From the NCBI GenBank assembly GCA_965235115.1, contig OZ249436.1:7256001-7316000 (forward strand): a stretch of 60,000 nucleotides of DNA, given 5' to 3'. This document shows, in pieces, positions 12,497-24,925 of this stretch (position 1 is its first letter; every line of letters starts with the position of its first letter). The notes under the pieces are model-generated. The model did no database searches. It worked only from the letters and a program-made list of their open reading frames with translations, and was not told the DNA's origin. A program made the position numbers and the translations under genes. The stretch comes from Laetmonice hystrix (Eukaryota).

Positions 12497-13714
12497 TGTT
12501 ACAACCGCTAATGTAATAACGCCCACTATTGTAATAACTGGGGTGCTAGGGGGGTACCAGGGAAGTACCACCAGAGTACCGGACAGGACCAGGGGAGCAT
12601 TTTTGGGGTACCCTCTGAGTACCCTCTGGGTACCCCCTGGGTACCCAGAGGGTACCAACCCCCCTGGGTACCCAGAAGGTACCAACCGGGGGTACCAGGG
12701 AAATACTAGTGGAGTACCGGACAGGACCAGGTGAGCATTTTGGGGGTACCCCCTGAGTACCATCTGGGTACCCCCTGGGTACCCTCAGGTACCGATCTGG
12801 TCGGTAGCCCTTGAACAAAGTTTTATTACAATAGCGGTTGCGAATTCTGACGAACGCTACCGCTATTGTAATAACTGGGGTGCTGGGGTACCAGGGAAGT
12901 ACCACCAGAGTACCGGACAGGACCAGGTGAGCATTTTGGGGGTACCCCCTGAGTACCATCTGGGTACCCCCTGGGTACCCTCAGGTACCGATTTGGTCGG
13001 TAGCCCTTGAACAAAGTTTTATTACAATAGCGGTTGCGAATTCTGGCGAACGCTACCGCTATTGTAATAACTGGGGTGCTAGGGGGTACCAGGGAAGTAC
13101 CACCAGAGTACCGGACAGGACCAGGGGAGCACTTTGGGGGTACTCCCTGAGTAGCACCGAAATGGTCGGTACCCTTTGAACAAAGTTTTATTACAATAGC
13201 GGTTGCGAATTCTGCCGAACGCAACCGCTATTGTAATAAAACTTTGTTCAAAGGGTACCGACCAGATCGGTACCTGAGGGTACCCAGGGGGTATCCATAT
13301 GGTACTCGGGGGGTGCCCCCAAAGTGCTCCCCTGGCCTGTCCGGTACTCTGGTGGTACTTCCCTGGTACCCCCCTAACACCCCAGTTATTACAATAGCGG
13401 TTGCGTTCGCCAGAATTCGCAACCGCTATTGTAATAAAACTTTGTTCAAGGGCTACCGACCAGATCGGTACCTGAGGGTACCCAGGGGGTACCCAGATGG
13501 TACTTAGGGGGTACCTCCAAAATGCTCACCTTGTCCTGTCCGGTACACCAGTAGTATTTTCCTGGTACCCCCCGGTTGGTACCCAGAGGGTACTCAGAGG
13601 GTACCCCAAAAATGCTCCCCTGGTCCTGTCCGGTACTCTGGTGGTACTTCCCTGGTACCCCCTAGCACCCCAGTTATTACAATAGTGGGCGTTATTACAT
13701 TAGCGGTTGTAACA
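12497..13714. mobile_element. Foldback (near-complete palindrome) non-autonomous transposon, 1218 bp, 6-bp TSD
   Basis: Termini TGTTACAACCGCTAATGTAATAACGCCCACTATTG...CAATAGTGGGCGTTATTACATTAGCGGTTGTAACA. ATCCCT is duplicated at 12491-12496 and 13715-13720. Internal ~196-bp GGTACC-rich modules reverse orientation at a central 45-bp stem (13163-13207/13220-13264). Confidence 0.92.
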
Positions 13715-14130
13715 ATCCCTATCTCACTTTTGCTGGGCTGCCTGTGCGAGTTGATGGGGGGAAGACATCGCAAAATACGCCTTGCAGATCAGACACCCCA
13801 CCTTGCCATAATCATTCTGCCCCAAGCAGTGTTTAGGTCCAGCCAGCCCAAGAAGATGGCGACCAAGTGAAAGTGAAAACATAATTGAGGATTTTTTACT
13901 TTTTTAAAATTTAAAACAATTCTACTGGTTTGAAAACGTTAATTTTTGAGGGTTCTTTTAGTAATATGGGGGGGGGGGTACCCATGTATTACGGCTGCCA
14001 AGAATTTTCAGAGACTTTTGGTCTGGGCCACTGACATGCCTGAAAATACATGCTGTATTGATTCTGTATTTTGTCTTTTGCAGGATATTTTGCCCAGGAG
14101 TGAATTTCCCTTTTTTCAACCAAACACAAA

Positions 14131-17100
14131 ATGGCAAGTAAAGCTAGTGAGAAGAAGGCTACAAAGGTTGAGCCTGACACAGAGGAGGCAGGAGAGTCGG
14201 ACAAGCCTGAAGGAAACAATGGGGATATGCAAGTGTTGGATGAGGTGATTGATAATGACGATGGAGCAGGTCAGTGGTAACAAATAGCTGGAATATATGC
14301 GAATTTAAGTTGTAGAAACGTGATTGAAAAGGATTTCTTGTGTGTCTCCCAGTTGCGTATGCATGCATTTGCTTTATGACTAATTAGAGTACTTGAGAAT
14401 TACACTCTTTTAGTGGCACATCTACTGTTAGATAAAAAGATGTCGTAGATCTGTGTTTGGCATGTGAAAAGCAACATTATAGCATTTAATATGGTTGATT
14501 TATTCAGGGGAGGAAGAATTTGTAGAAGATGTAGGGGAGTTTGGTGAGGATGTGGAGGATGAAGAACATGGTGAAGAAGAAGAGGAAGAGGAGCTGGAAG
14601 GAGACCTTGCTGGTGAAGATGAGGGTGAAGGAGAGGATGAGACTTTGCTGGAAGGAGAAGAAGAGCGTGGTGGGGAAGAAGAATTAGATAAATCAGGCGA
14701 GGGTGAAGACCAAAGTGGGGAAGCAAAAGCAGAAGACGATGCAGACGCAGGAGCTGAGCCAAAGAAGGAAGAGGATGCAGAGGAAAAAGGAGACGCAGAG
14801 AAAGGTTAGCACAAAGAATGATATTATATTTAAAAGTATGTGAAGGAAACCAAGATTTAAGGATATGCATTCTTTAAAAAAACATGTAGACTGTTTCACA
14901 AATCGTAACAAAGGGGGTTATTTTAAATGAATTTGCATTACGATGTACATACCCATGCACTTTTAAAATTTCAATGTATAAATGGTAGGTTTTTATCAGT
15001 GTGAAGAAATCTGTAATAACAGAAATTGAAAAAAACAAAAGTCCAAGAGGCTAAAACCCCAAAAGTAATTTTTGCTGTTTGCAACTTGTGAAAAAAACAA
15101 CATGTGGACGTACAGTGTAGCATAAATGATTGCTACTCTGGTGCCAGGGTTGGACAATTTTTTTTACGAGTCACTGGTCCAGGACCAGTAACTCAGAAAA
15201 GTTGTTGGTCCTGCTCTTGGATCCACCGGTCCTATTAAATAACAAATACATCAATAATCAGGAACAGTAACTCAGAAAAGTTGCTGGTCCTGCTCTTGGG
15301 TCCACTGGTCCTGTTAAATATCTGAAAAAAAATGCATCAATAACTTATATTCACTAGTTGTTAACTTTATTTATAATTTTCATTAGACTTTGCCATCTTT
15401 ATAGATTATGCATATGATTACAAAATTTAAGGGGCCATTCAAGTATTACATATGCAAAATTTTCAAAACTATAGATAGGTTTAGCCAAGAGACCGTCGGA
15501 CGACCGCTCATATATTTTCACAAACTTATCTGAAGCAATAATATGTAGGTCCTGGACCTCGGGCTAGTGGATTTGTCAAACTCTGAGTGCATATATTTCT
15601 TGTAGCAAAACCTAATGTTTTCAAAGTTCTGTCACAGTGGCAACTTTACTCATTAAACTGTAACCTTGAAAGGTTAAACAACAGGCTGGAGCTAGAGCAG
15701 AAATCTTCCTTCCTTGTGGTGCCATATCAGACCTTTCACTGTTTCTCAGCAGAGGATGATAGCATTCCACGTTGTCCATATGGTCATAAGTTACGAGAGG
15801 ACACCAGTTCTAACCGTTTTGGCTGCACCGCTGATGACTGTCGTCGGAAGAATGACCCCAATATCCTAGGTATGCCCTTTGGCCTCATGTTCCAATTGGG
15901 TGACATACTAAGTGGGCTTGACAGTCTAGGTATAGCCAAGAGCATTAATGTGTGCATTGTTTCCTGTGGCTAACCTAAACCTTTGACATAAATACACAGA
16001 ACAAAAGTAAACTTGAAAAGATTTCATCTGTTAGCCGTCTATAATCACTGTGGAATACAGTGACTGTGTTACTGAAATTTTGTACCATCATGTCGCATTA
16101 GGCCACAGGCCTCGTGGCGACAATTTATTCATCCCCTGTAAATTCGAAATTCTGAAATCCAAATCTATGAAGATCTAGATGAGGTGCCTTGAACAATGCT
16201 GTATTTTCAGCTACCTCATATTTAGAAAACAACAAGACATTAATTTAGTGTTCTTACAAATGAACATCATATTTTAGCAACTATCTGTCAGAAATTTTGT
16301 CCTAATTAAAAGCAAACTTGGTGTTATCCTTTGCTTTTGGCCAGTATTTCTTTTGAAAATGTCTTGTATGCCTTGTCTAAGCAAGTGAAATTGTATAAAT
16401 GACTATTTGTAACATCCCTTTCTTGGTTCAGATTTTCATGAAAGTCCCCTTGTCCTGGGTGTTTTTTGCTTGCATAACTTAAACCAGCCTAAACATAGCT
16501 GGCTGGAGCTCGCATGATTAACTAAATGTGGTCATCGATTTCACAGGGTTTTAGAATTAGAAGTCTGAGAAAAGTGAAGCATCCCATTTTTCCAGTTTAG
16601 TCCAAATAAAATGAATGACAAGACAATGGAATAACTTCAAGTTGTTTGTGTAACAATAAAGGATGTATTTTCACTGGTAATTGAAAGAGATTCCAGTTCT
16701 CTTTACTGTAGATGCATGGGAGTCAAACACGTACAACACATCTGTACATTTCTACAGCCTATCTTTCAGACATGAAATCACCTGAAGCACACAGGGAATA
16801 CAAAGAACGCCTATTCCTCCCTAACTACAAGTCTTTCAAGATAGGTGAGTATATTTTTCATTAAAGACAACCTCAGCTCTAGATTTAATCAAAAGTCTGT
16901 CTTCCTTTAATTCTACTGCTGTAGCTGAAGACAGATTTTGTATCATGAGTAATGTTTCAGTGATTTCTGTAAACAACATACTCCTTGTAAATCAAATGAT
17001 TTAAAGTAGTAAACATCATAATGAGATATGCCTGTATGTATTGTCAATCAGACCTGAAGGTTGCTGCCAAGGTGCGTTCAGTCATGGCAGGGCCACTCGA

Positions 17101-20100
17101 CCTAGATGACCTGCAGGATGATAAGGTCAAGGAGATCATTAATGAGGCTGAGGAATTCTTCATCCGATTCCACCGTAATGAGGACAACAAGTGCACGGGG
17201 TGGGTGCAGTAGAGATTGGTTTCCTCTCAAAGTTGATAGACAATCAACAAGCTAACAGATGATGTCTTAGTACCGTACTACAATTCCACCTTTGGTCCAT
17301 AGACCATTAGTTTCTGTTGCCATTATTTTAGATTGCCTGCCAATAAAATCTTTAAGCCACTTTCCAGGGTCGACAGTCCCAATGCTTAGACTGCATTGTT
17401 ATTAATTCATTTGACTTCTTCCTCTTGTTTCAGACATGTCCAGTTCCGCTTTTCAACATTTGAGGAAGCAACAGCAGCTGTTGAAAAAATTGAAAAAGTG
17501 AAGGAGGGTCTAACAGTGAAACAGCTTGTCGGCGGTCTTAACGTCGGTGAGTATTACATTGACAAGCAGGAGGTCGACTTGTCCATTCCAAATTATATTT
17601 TGTCATCAACCAATTGATTTTTAGAATCCAAAAAGAAGAATGCTACCAGTTCAGGGGTGGCAAGATGTTTGACAACCCGACTCGCCCACGGGACCGTTGA
17701 TTATTCGAACTGTACTAGTCCCGGAGGACTTTCTGCTCATCCTTATAATTAAGCATATCACAGGGTTCTCACCAGATATAATAATACCTGATTCCCCCCC
17801 AAGCCTCTAACAGCAGCAGTGTTCCATCGTTACAGGTCAGGTGGACAAGTTAATTCGTGGAGTTGATGATGACATTGAAGTCCCAGCAGGTAATGTACAA
17901 GCCTCTGATATTAAGCCAAGTGGGCCCGTTTATGTCTTTAAGGAATGGGAGGACGCTTTCTCTGGGAATGTCATTGGATGATGGACAGGATAGTGAGGAT
18001 GTGTTTCCAGAGAATCTCAAGCTTCCTGTCTCTGTTGAGTTTGAATTTTGTGGAGAAAGGGAAGAGTGGGAAGAAAGTCTTGAAACTATGATGTTTGGTA
18101 GGTTGGGATGGGGCACGTTTTATAGGATATATGAGGGAGACTATACAAAAAGGGCTATTTGGTTATTAATGAAAGTCCCTTAAAGTTAGTGTTACATTCC
18201 GAGATAGAATGACTTTAAATATGTGACGTGAAAGACAGAACAGGAGTGGTAAGTGACAGTATTAATCTACAATTCATAACCTATGCCAGAACATATTTTG
18301 ATTGGTAACTTTCAGAATATCACATTCTCGAATTCGAACTAATGGATGCTCCATATTACAAAACAAAAGCTTATCCAATAAGATTATAAAAATGCATAAG
18401 ATATTTTGTTTAACATTCTAACTGTCAAGTAAGCATGTCCCCTTAGTAACGGCCCCCTCTTTATTTTACCCATATTTTTTAGCAGAATTTTGTTTTTGAA
18501 CTTTATTCCCCATAGAAATCTTGATTTTCAATTGTATTATCTCATTCATCAGACCTGTATGATGAAGAGAAGGGGATGTTGCTAGCTTGTTCCTAACATG
18601 ACCGCTTCCATTGCAGAGACAGTTAAGAACCTAGTGAGTGTTTGTGGCATTCCAACGACTACCACCAAGGATCAGCTATTGGCTTTGTTCCCGCAGGCAC
18701 GGATCAAACTGATGGCCATGAAAGCCAATGGAACACCCAAAGGGTAACGACCTCTGACCTTGCTGAGTACGGCCGCCCAGCCAATCGGCCAGTCAGCTTT
18801 TTTATCTTCTTCCATCACACGATCACCATAGTAACCGCCCCTTCAGAACCCACTTCCCCCATCAGGCCTTGGTGGACATCGTCATGGTGATTCCAGCCTC
18901 ACTGAAGATAATAAATAATGGTATTAAGAAATAGAGGCTGGAGATCACACATTGACCCGGAGTTTGCAGGTAGTTATAAATATACCAATGTGGAGCAGTG
19001 CTGCCTCAACCCAAGGGGCAGCACCTCCACTGGAAATAAAGCCCCGCCTTGGACGTATGTTCGCCCCACTTGTGGTGTCAGTCAGAAGGGTAATTATTGT
19101 GTCAAATGCACGGTATGAAATTCACACACACATGCTACACTCATCTCCCGCCATATGTAACTACCAACATGGCTGCAGGGAACGAAAACAAAAATGGAGG
19201 GCCTTGTTTTAAGTATTGATGAAAAAAAGGGGAATCGCTCTTGAAGAGTAACCACAATTTTCCTCAAGAATATCCCTTGTCATTGGAATAAAAACCTGGG
19301 ATAGAATGTCTTCTTTATCAAGATACAGCATTTTGGATTCAATCCAGTTCTTGGATTCTGAACCTCTCGACACAAACACCTCCACGAGGCATTGGAAATT
19401 GTTTTCTACCTAATCTACATGCAGTGGATAGGGGCAAAGGTGCGCGTGAAATTTGGCACAGAGCCGCGAGATAAGGAATCATCAATAGTCATGATGGGGT
19501 GACCTAGTGTTTGCCTAATGGCATATAGAATGGCGACTAGGTTCTCTTGAAGCTGGGGATGGAGTTCTCATGGAATCTGAGGGATGTCAGGCACCAGACC
19601 TGTTTAAGCAGCCTAGGATAGCTTGAGACTATCTAGCTAACACTGCTAGTACTAGTCCAAGTCTAACACTTTGTTCCAGTGTGAAACTCAACATTTGTAA
19701 GAGAAAAAGATGTCTTAGGACCAACTCTGTGTTGCTGAGGTCAGTATGCATGTTGGGAGACATGATGGTACCCGTGCTTCTCTGTGTAGGAAATGTTGTT
19801 GAAATCTGTTTGTTGCTGCCATGATGTGTTCTTCCAGATACATCCTAGAAGGGAATTGACATGTTGTCACGCCTCACCCATTCTGTGGATTATGATCTGG
19901 AAGAGCAGCCAGCTAACGAGAAGCAAGCAGTAACCAGCACAGAGACTGTTCACTACGTTGGATACAACATAAACAGTACACCAGCCACTTGGCGAGCCGA
20001 GCAGCAGTATGCTGTTCTAACGCTGCCATGGACATACATCATCACAGAGCTGTCAACGTTAACGGCTCACACAAGGACAAGTTGACAATCAGTAACAGAA

Positions 20101-23100
20101 AGCGAACTGAAAAGCTTTCCGAGATGCCAGGACGTTCATCACACAGTCAGGCATGCATGATGTTGCTGCCTCTTGTGTTCATCGTAAACCATGGACTGTT
20201 GACGTACTTTCGTCATTTCCACAAGGCTACTTCTTTACATCGGACAACGCCACACATCTGCAGAAGTTATAATCAAAGCCACTTGTGTTTCAGGATACTG
20301 CTGAACTGTCGGTTTTGTGGAAAGGTTCTCCTAAGATCCAAAAGACTGAAACGTTTTTGACCTGAACTTTTGAAACTTTTGAAAACAAGTCACTGCCTCA
20401 TTCAGTGCCCAGGTGACTTCATAAAACTGGTTTTGAATGGTTTTGAAAGATTTTAGTTGAAGTAGCAGAAGCTTTCCACATTTCATTTTCGTATATTCTA
20501 CATGTGTTTACAACATACAGATGGAGGACTGCAAACTAAGCCACAATAAGAAAACGGCTCTTTTTTTAAAAAGAAGATGAGCTGTTGCTGATCCAAATTG
20601 AAAGGGTTGGCTTGACCGAAGTGTTCCCTCTGTATGGGCTGTTGATACCATACTGTGCTGGCTGCGCCTTTCGACAGTATGTGACTGGTGTTTGACTAGG
20701 ATCTATTTTTGCAGGTACGCATACATTGAGATGGATGATGAAGATCAGGCCAGGAAACTGGTGGAAGATCACAACAAGAAACCGCACATTGTCGAGGGCC
20801 ACAAGCTCTATTTGGAGAAGATGAAGGCTCCACCTGAACTCTTCATGGTCATAGACTCGGGTAACATCTCATTTACTAAAGCCTCAGATATTTCAAACCC
20901 ATAGGCTGGGCTTCCGCTAACTGTTCGCCACATTCGTATCGGTGAAAACAATAGCAAAATGGTAAAATGGAATATAAAAAAATACACCATGTTTTCGACA
21001 CACTGGTGAACTTCAAAATCCGGAGATGGAGGAAATTCATCATCATGCCATCTATTTCTGATTTTATATTATGTTTAGTTGGAAAAAAAATAATATGGTT
21101 ACCCGGTAAACAAATTTTGATGTGGCTAAAGTATTTGGTTACCCGTTCAGCCACAGTGGCTAAGGACTATTCTTGCATCTATAGAGGAAGCCCAGAGAGG
21201 GAATTTCCTTAGTAGGGACACAGCCTGAAAAGCCAAGTAATTGATAGAAAATTTCTCTCTGCAAATTTTGCATTGCATCAAAGTAGAGATTTGTTTCCTG
21301 AGCAAAGGTCCAGCCATAGTAATTGTCAACCATAATGTTTGCATCACACTATATTTATACCCATGATATTGTCGTTAGGTCCTGGGTAATGTAGATATAC
21401 GTGGACATCCCTTAATACTTAGAGGCAATCTCTTTCTCTGGATGTGTAAGTCATTAATGACTTTTTGACCTGCAGATGATGTGTTAACGGAGGAGGAACG
21501 ATCCAAGATGGTGCGCACCCTGAATGTTAGTCAGATGCAGTTAGACCGCAGGGGCTCTCGTATGAAAGCTAAGGAGTACCAGGACCTCGTTAGGGTAAGA
21601 GAGTTATTAATCACCCTATGAACTGGTGGAGGGTTTGATACATTGAGACCAAGGTTTTGAGCTGAATCTGGTTATGTACTCTTGAAGATTTCCTGCTGAC
21701 CTGATTTACTGAAAAATTAAATTTGACAACTACCATCTTACATTCACTCCGATTCCATTATGTTGAATCCTGTTACAAATTGCAGAAAGTGAAGATGATG
21801 AAACAACAGTTGGCTAACGACAATCGCAAACGACGGGAAAAAGGACTTCCACTTCCAAAATCAACAATGAGGCGACCGACAAACATGCCTAGTCGAAGTT
21901 CCTATGGCATGACACACCCAAGGTAGACTAGACCGTACAATTATAAGCCTTTGATCATTTTTAAAGTCTTTCAGCTTTACTTTTAAAAATGAAAAGTGTG
22001 AAAATAAAAAATGTAGGTGAATGTAAGTTTCATCTTGAATAGAAAATCCATAATGAAGAGTTATAATTGCAATTCTAGGGGAATTGGAATGCGATCATCA
22101 AGGCCAGATAATGGAAGACCGCGGCGAGACGTTCCATCCCTCATGAGGTCACCACTTCCTAAAGGTCGTCCCACTTACAGAAGTAGTCGGGGTATGGGTG
22201 TAAGTGTTCACAGCTTTGATTCTTTTACTAAGTTTCTCATCAGAAGACACTGGTATGACTTACTAGCCTGGAGTATCGAACTTTACTGTACCATACCATA
22301 CCGGATTTACGTGGAGTGGTCGGAGTAGACAAAAAAGTGCCTCAAGGCATCGTCTGCCCTGGGGCGGTAATGCCTCAAGGCATCGTCCGCCCTGGCACGG
22401 TAATGCCTCGAGGCATTGTTCGCCCTGAAAGGGTTAATAGGGCTCTGCCGCCACCTTAGCAGTCCCCTGGACTCCTAGCCAGTAGTTTTCTAATTTCTCA
22501 ATTTTGGATGTTGGCAGGTATGCAGTACCATTATAAAATGACATTCCGAGCAGGGAAAGTTACTCCTATCTGTTTTTATTCCTGCATTGTCTGCAGTTTC
22601 GAACTTGTTCAAGTCTCCTGAAATTCACAGTAACCATATTGTCGGATGTTTCAGAGCTCAGACGGCCGTTACCACTCTCCCCCAAGCATGCGCAGCTCAA
22701 GCCCTAGAGGGGAGGGGTATTATGGCCATGGTCCATCCCCGAGTTCTCGTAGGGACATGGGTCCTCCTCGCCGCATGGAAACAGACAGAGGTGATAGGTT
22801 CAGTTCCCATACAGGAGAGCGAGGTTCCAGTCGGTATGGAGGAGCTGAACGTGGAGCACGATCTGGAAAGTTAAACACCCATCAAACAGCAAACGCTGTC
22901 AACATGTTGGTGGGCCTCACCAGTCTGATCAGGTGGGTCGACTCTTCACGAATCCAAAATTGTGGGGGGAAGTGGAAATTGTAATTTATAATTCAACTGA
23001 ATAAAAGATACTTGAGGTTGTACTGGTTGACTGCAGCAGTCAATCAGGGATGAGAATCATCTGCAGATTTCCGTGTTTTTTCCCCTTCATCAAGCATTAT

Positions 23101-23957
23101 AATATATAATTAACATATACTATCATGTCATGGCGTTTCTGCATTTTCTGTGTTTTTCCTTGTTCGCCGTTCTCATCCCTGGTTAATGGAAAATATACAT
23201 TGACAGCTCCAGTCACCAGATGTTTTTAAATTTTCTTAAGATATAACAAGATGAGAAGATCTGATCAGTTGGATAACAAGAAAATAGTTGATTGAATTTG
23301 ATGTGTTGTCTTGTAGTGAGATGCAGAGAAAGACGCCTGGAAGTTTCCCAGAACGTCGCCATAGCAGCAGCGCGACAGGCCCTGGCAGTAGGGAGAGGTG
23401 GCAGCAGTCGTCGTACTCAGATCGGTCCCGAGGCCGGTCGAGTAGTGACTACGCCAGTGGAAGTGGTGGCGGGGCAGGTTACAGCACTGCTAGCAGTTAC
23501 AGCCGTGAGGGGGGCAGCTCGTACAGGGACGACTGGGGTGGTACACGAGGTGAATCGATGAGAGCCAGTGGACATAGTGCTGGACACAACAGCTATGATG
23601 ACCCATACTATGAGGATCGCAGCGGACGGAAGAGGACTATGTCAGATAGAGGCAGTGGCTATGGACAAGGTACGTCCTATTTTCTCATGTTTTGTTTTTT
23701 TAATGTTCACTGTAGTTTATGATACATTCTAGGATATTGGTTACAAATTTGCCTTAGTTACTGATGTTGTAATTTGTTTTATATTCATTAATAAAAATTC
23801 ATATTTGGATTTATCACCTGGAGACATTGAATACATGAAGTTTGTTGTGGTTGTGATTACAGAGTCTGATTACTATGGAGGACGCAATGATAGAGGAGGA
23901 CCCAAGCGGCCCAAGATGATGAGTCGGGGCAGAGGGGGAGGGCGAGGACGATACTGA
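14131..23957 (+). CDS. Multi-exon RNA-binding protein (~773 aa): acidic N-terminus, putative CHCC zinc ribbon, two RRM-like domains (the second nucleolin-like), coiled segment, RS/RG-rich low-complexity tail ending in RGG
   Basis: Hand-spliced GT-AG exons with consistent phases: 14131-14269, 14508-14804, 15750-15869, 16770-16844, 17052-17199, 17434-17546, 17836-17889, 18617-18743, 20715-20860, 21476-21594, 21786-21922, 22079-22199, 22655-22932, 23317-23669, 23863-23957. Total 2322 nt in a single open frame. It starts MASKASEKKATK; RRM2 reads LVSVCGIPTTTTKDQLLALFPQA...KGYAYIEMDDEDQARKLVE (RNP2/RNP1); it ends KRPKMMSRGRGGGRGRY*. Confidence 0.88.
15145..15585. mobile_element. hAT-like MITE remnant in an intron
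   Basis: Imperfect TIRs cagggttggacaa...ttgtcaaactctg and an internal duplicated block cagtaactcagaaaagttg(t/c)tggtcctgctcttgg. No clean 8-bp TSD. Confidence 0.45.
22335..22437. repeat. Three 33-bp tandem units ending in a piggyBac-like terminus
   Basis: tgcctcaaggcatcgtc(t/c)gccctgg..cggtaa occurs three times, followed by gaaaggg-TTAA. Confidence 0.55.
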
Positions 23958-24925
23958 TCACCAAACCCAGTGGTAAGTACCAGTTATCCCAAGAATTAAT
24001 TATAAATTACATCAAATTGAGAACCAGGAAACAACTAAAACAAAGCATGCACTGTCGTTGGATTGTAATAAAATAACCACAATTATTTTACTCTTGATTC
24101 AGAATGATATACAACTTGGACAAGTACAGATCTGTCATGCACCAGAGAGCAGAGAAAAACGGACTAGTAGAATGGTAGCCGCGCAGCACTTCAATAACAG
24201 TTCCATTGATGACGTGTGTGTGTGAGCCAGGTTACCCATAGCTACATTCAGTGTTGATGAATATGTGTGTATCTGTGTGTGTGAAATGTGAAAACCAGTG
24301 TGTTCTTTTGGACGGCGGAGGACTATCGTCTAGAAGGAGCGAGAGTGAAATCGCCATACTATGAACAGTGGAAGAAAGTTTATTAAACCTTGGCACGCAG
24401 TCTCCAGGGGCATCCGATAATCGTTATACCCGGAAGTCTGCTGGGAGGGCCACCAGAATAATTTGATCAGATTATATATACTTTCATTCATATTTTATAG
24501 ACCCAAGTTTGTAGTTAAGTCCTAAACAAATGTGCTTCATGTAAGTAGAATGTGTTCTACATTTGTCAGTCATCAATGGTGAAGATTGGCTGCTTCATGT
24601 TTTATGGCCTTTTTTTGTTCTTGTGTAATGCCCATCAGGAGTCTGTGTCACGTTCCCTTTGATACACGTGTTGTCATTATAAGTTAAAAAGTACGTCGGC
24701 ATACATTTTCAATCACTGACAGCCATTGGATTCAATTTACGCTCAGAGTTGTAAAATCTTAATGTAAGTGCCAATACGATTTTTTTTTTCTTTCTTTTAA
24801 TTACAAAACTTCAGAAGACAAAGTGAAGTTGACTTTGGATTATTTTTTAGCTAAGAACTTTACATGTATGTCGGTGATTAGTACGGTATATGGAGATTCG
24901 ACTACGTCTCCTGGCATATAATAAA
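23958..24925 (+). other. 3' UTR of the RNA-binding-protein gene, including a UTR intron at 23973-24102
   Basis: Donor gtg|gtaagt lies 15 nt after the stop and the acceptor ttgattcag ends at 24102. Candidate AATAAA at 24920-24925; the true end is uncertain. Confidence 0.5.

Noticed and set aside
13715..13727. 13-bp match atccctatctcac shared with 25660-25672
   Set aside because: There is no extended homology; compatible with chance.
17857..18183. 108-aa ORF inside the RBP gene
   Set aside because: The exon that fits the gene (17836-17889) is in another frame with good splice sites; the rest appears intronic.
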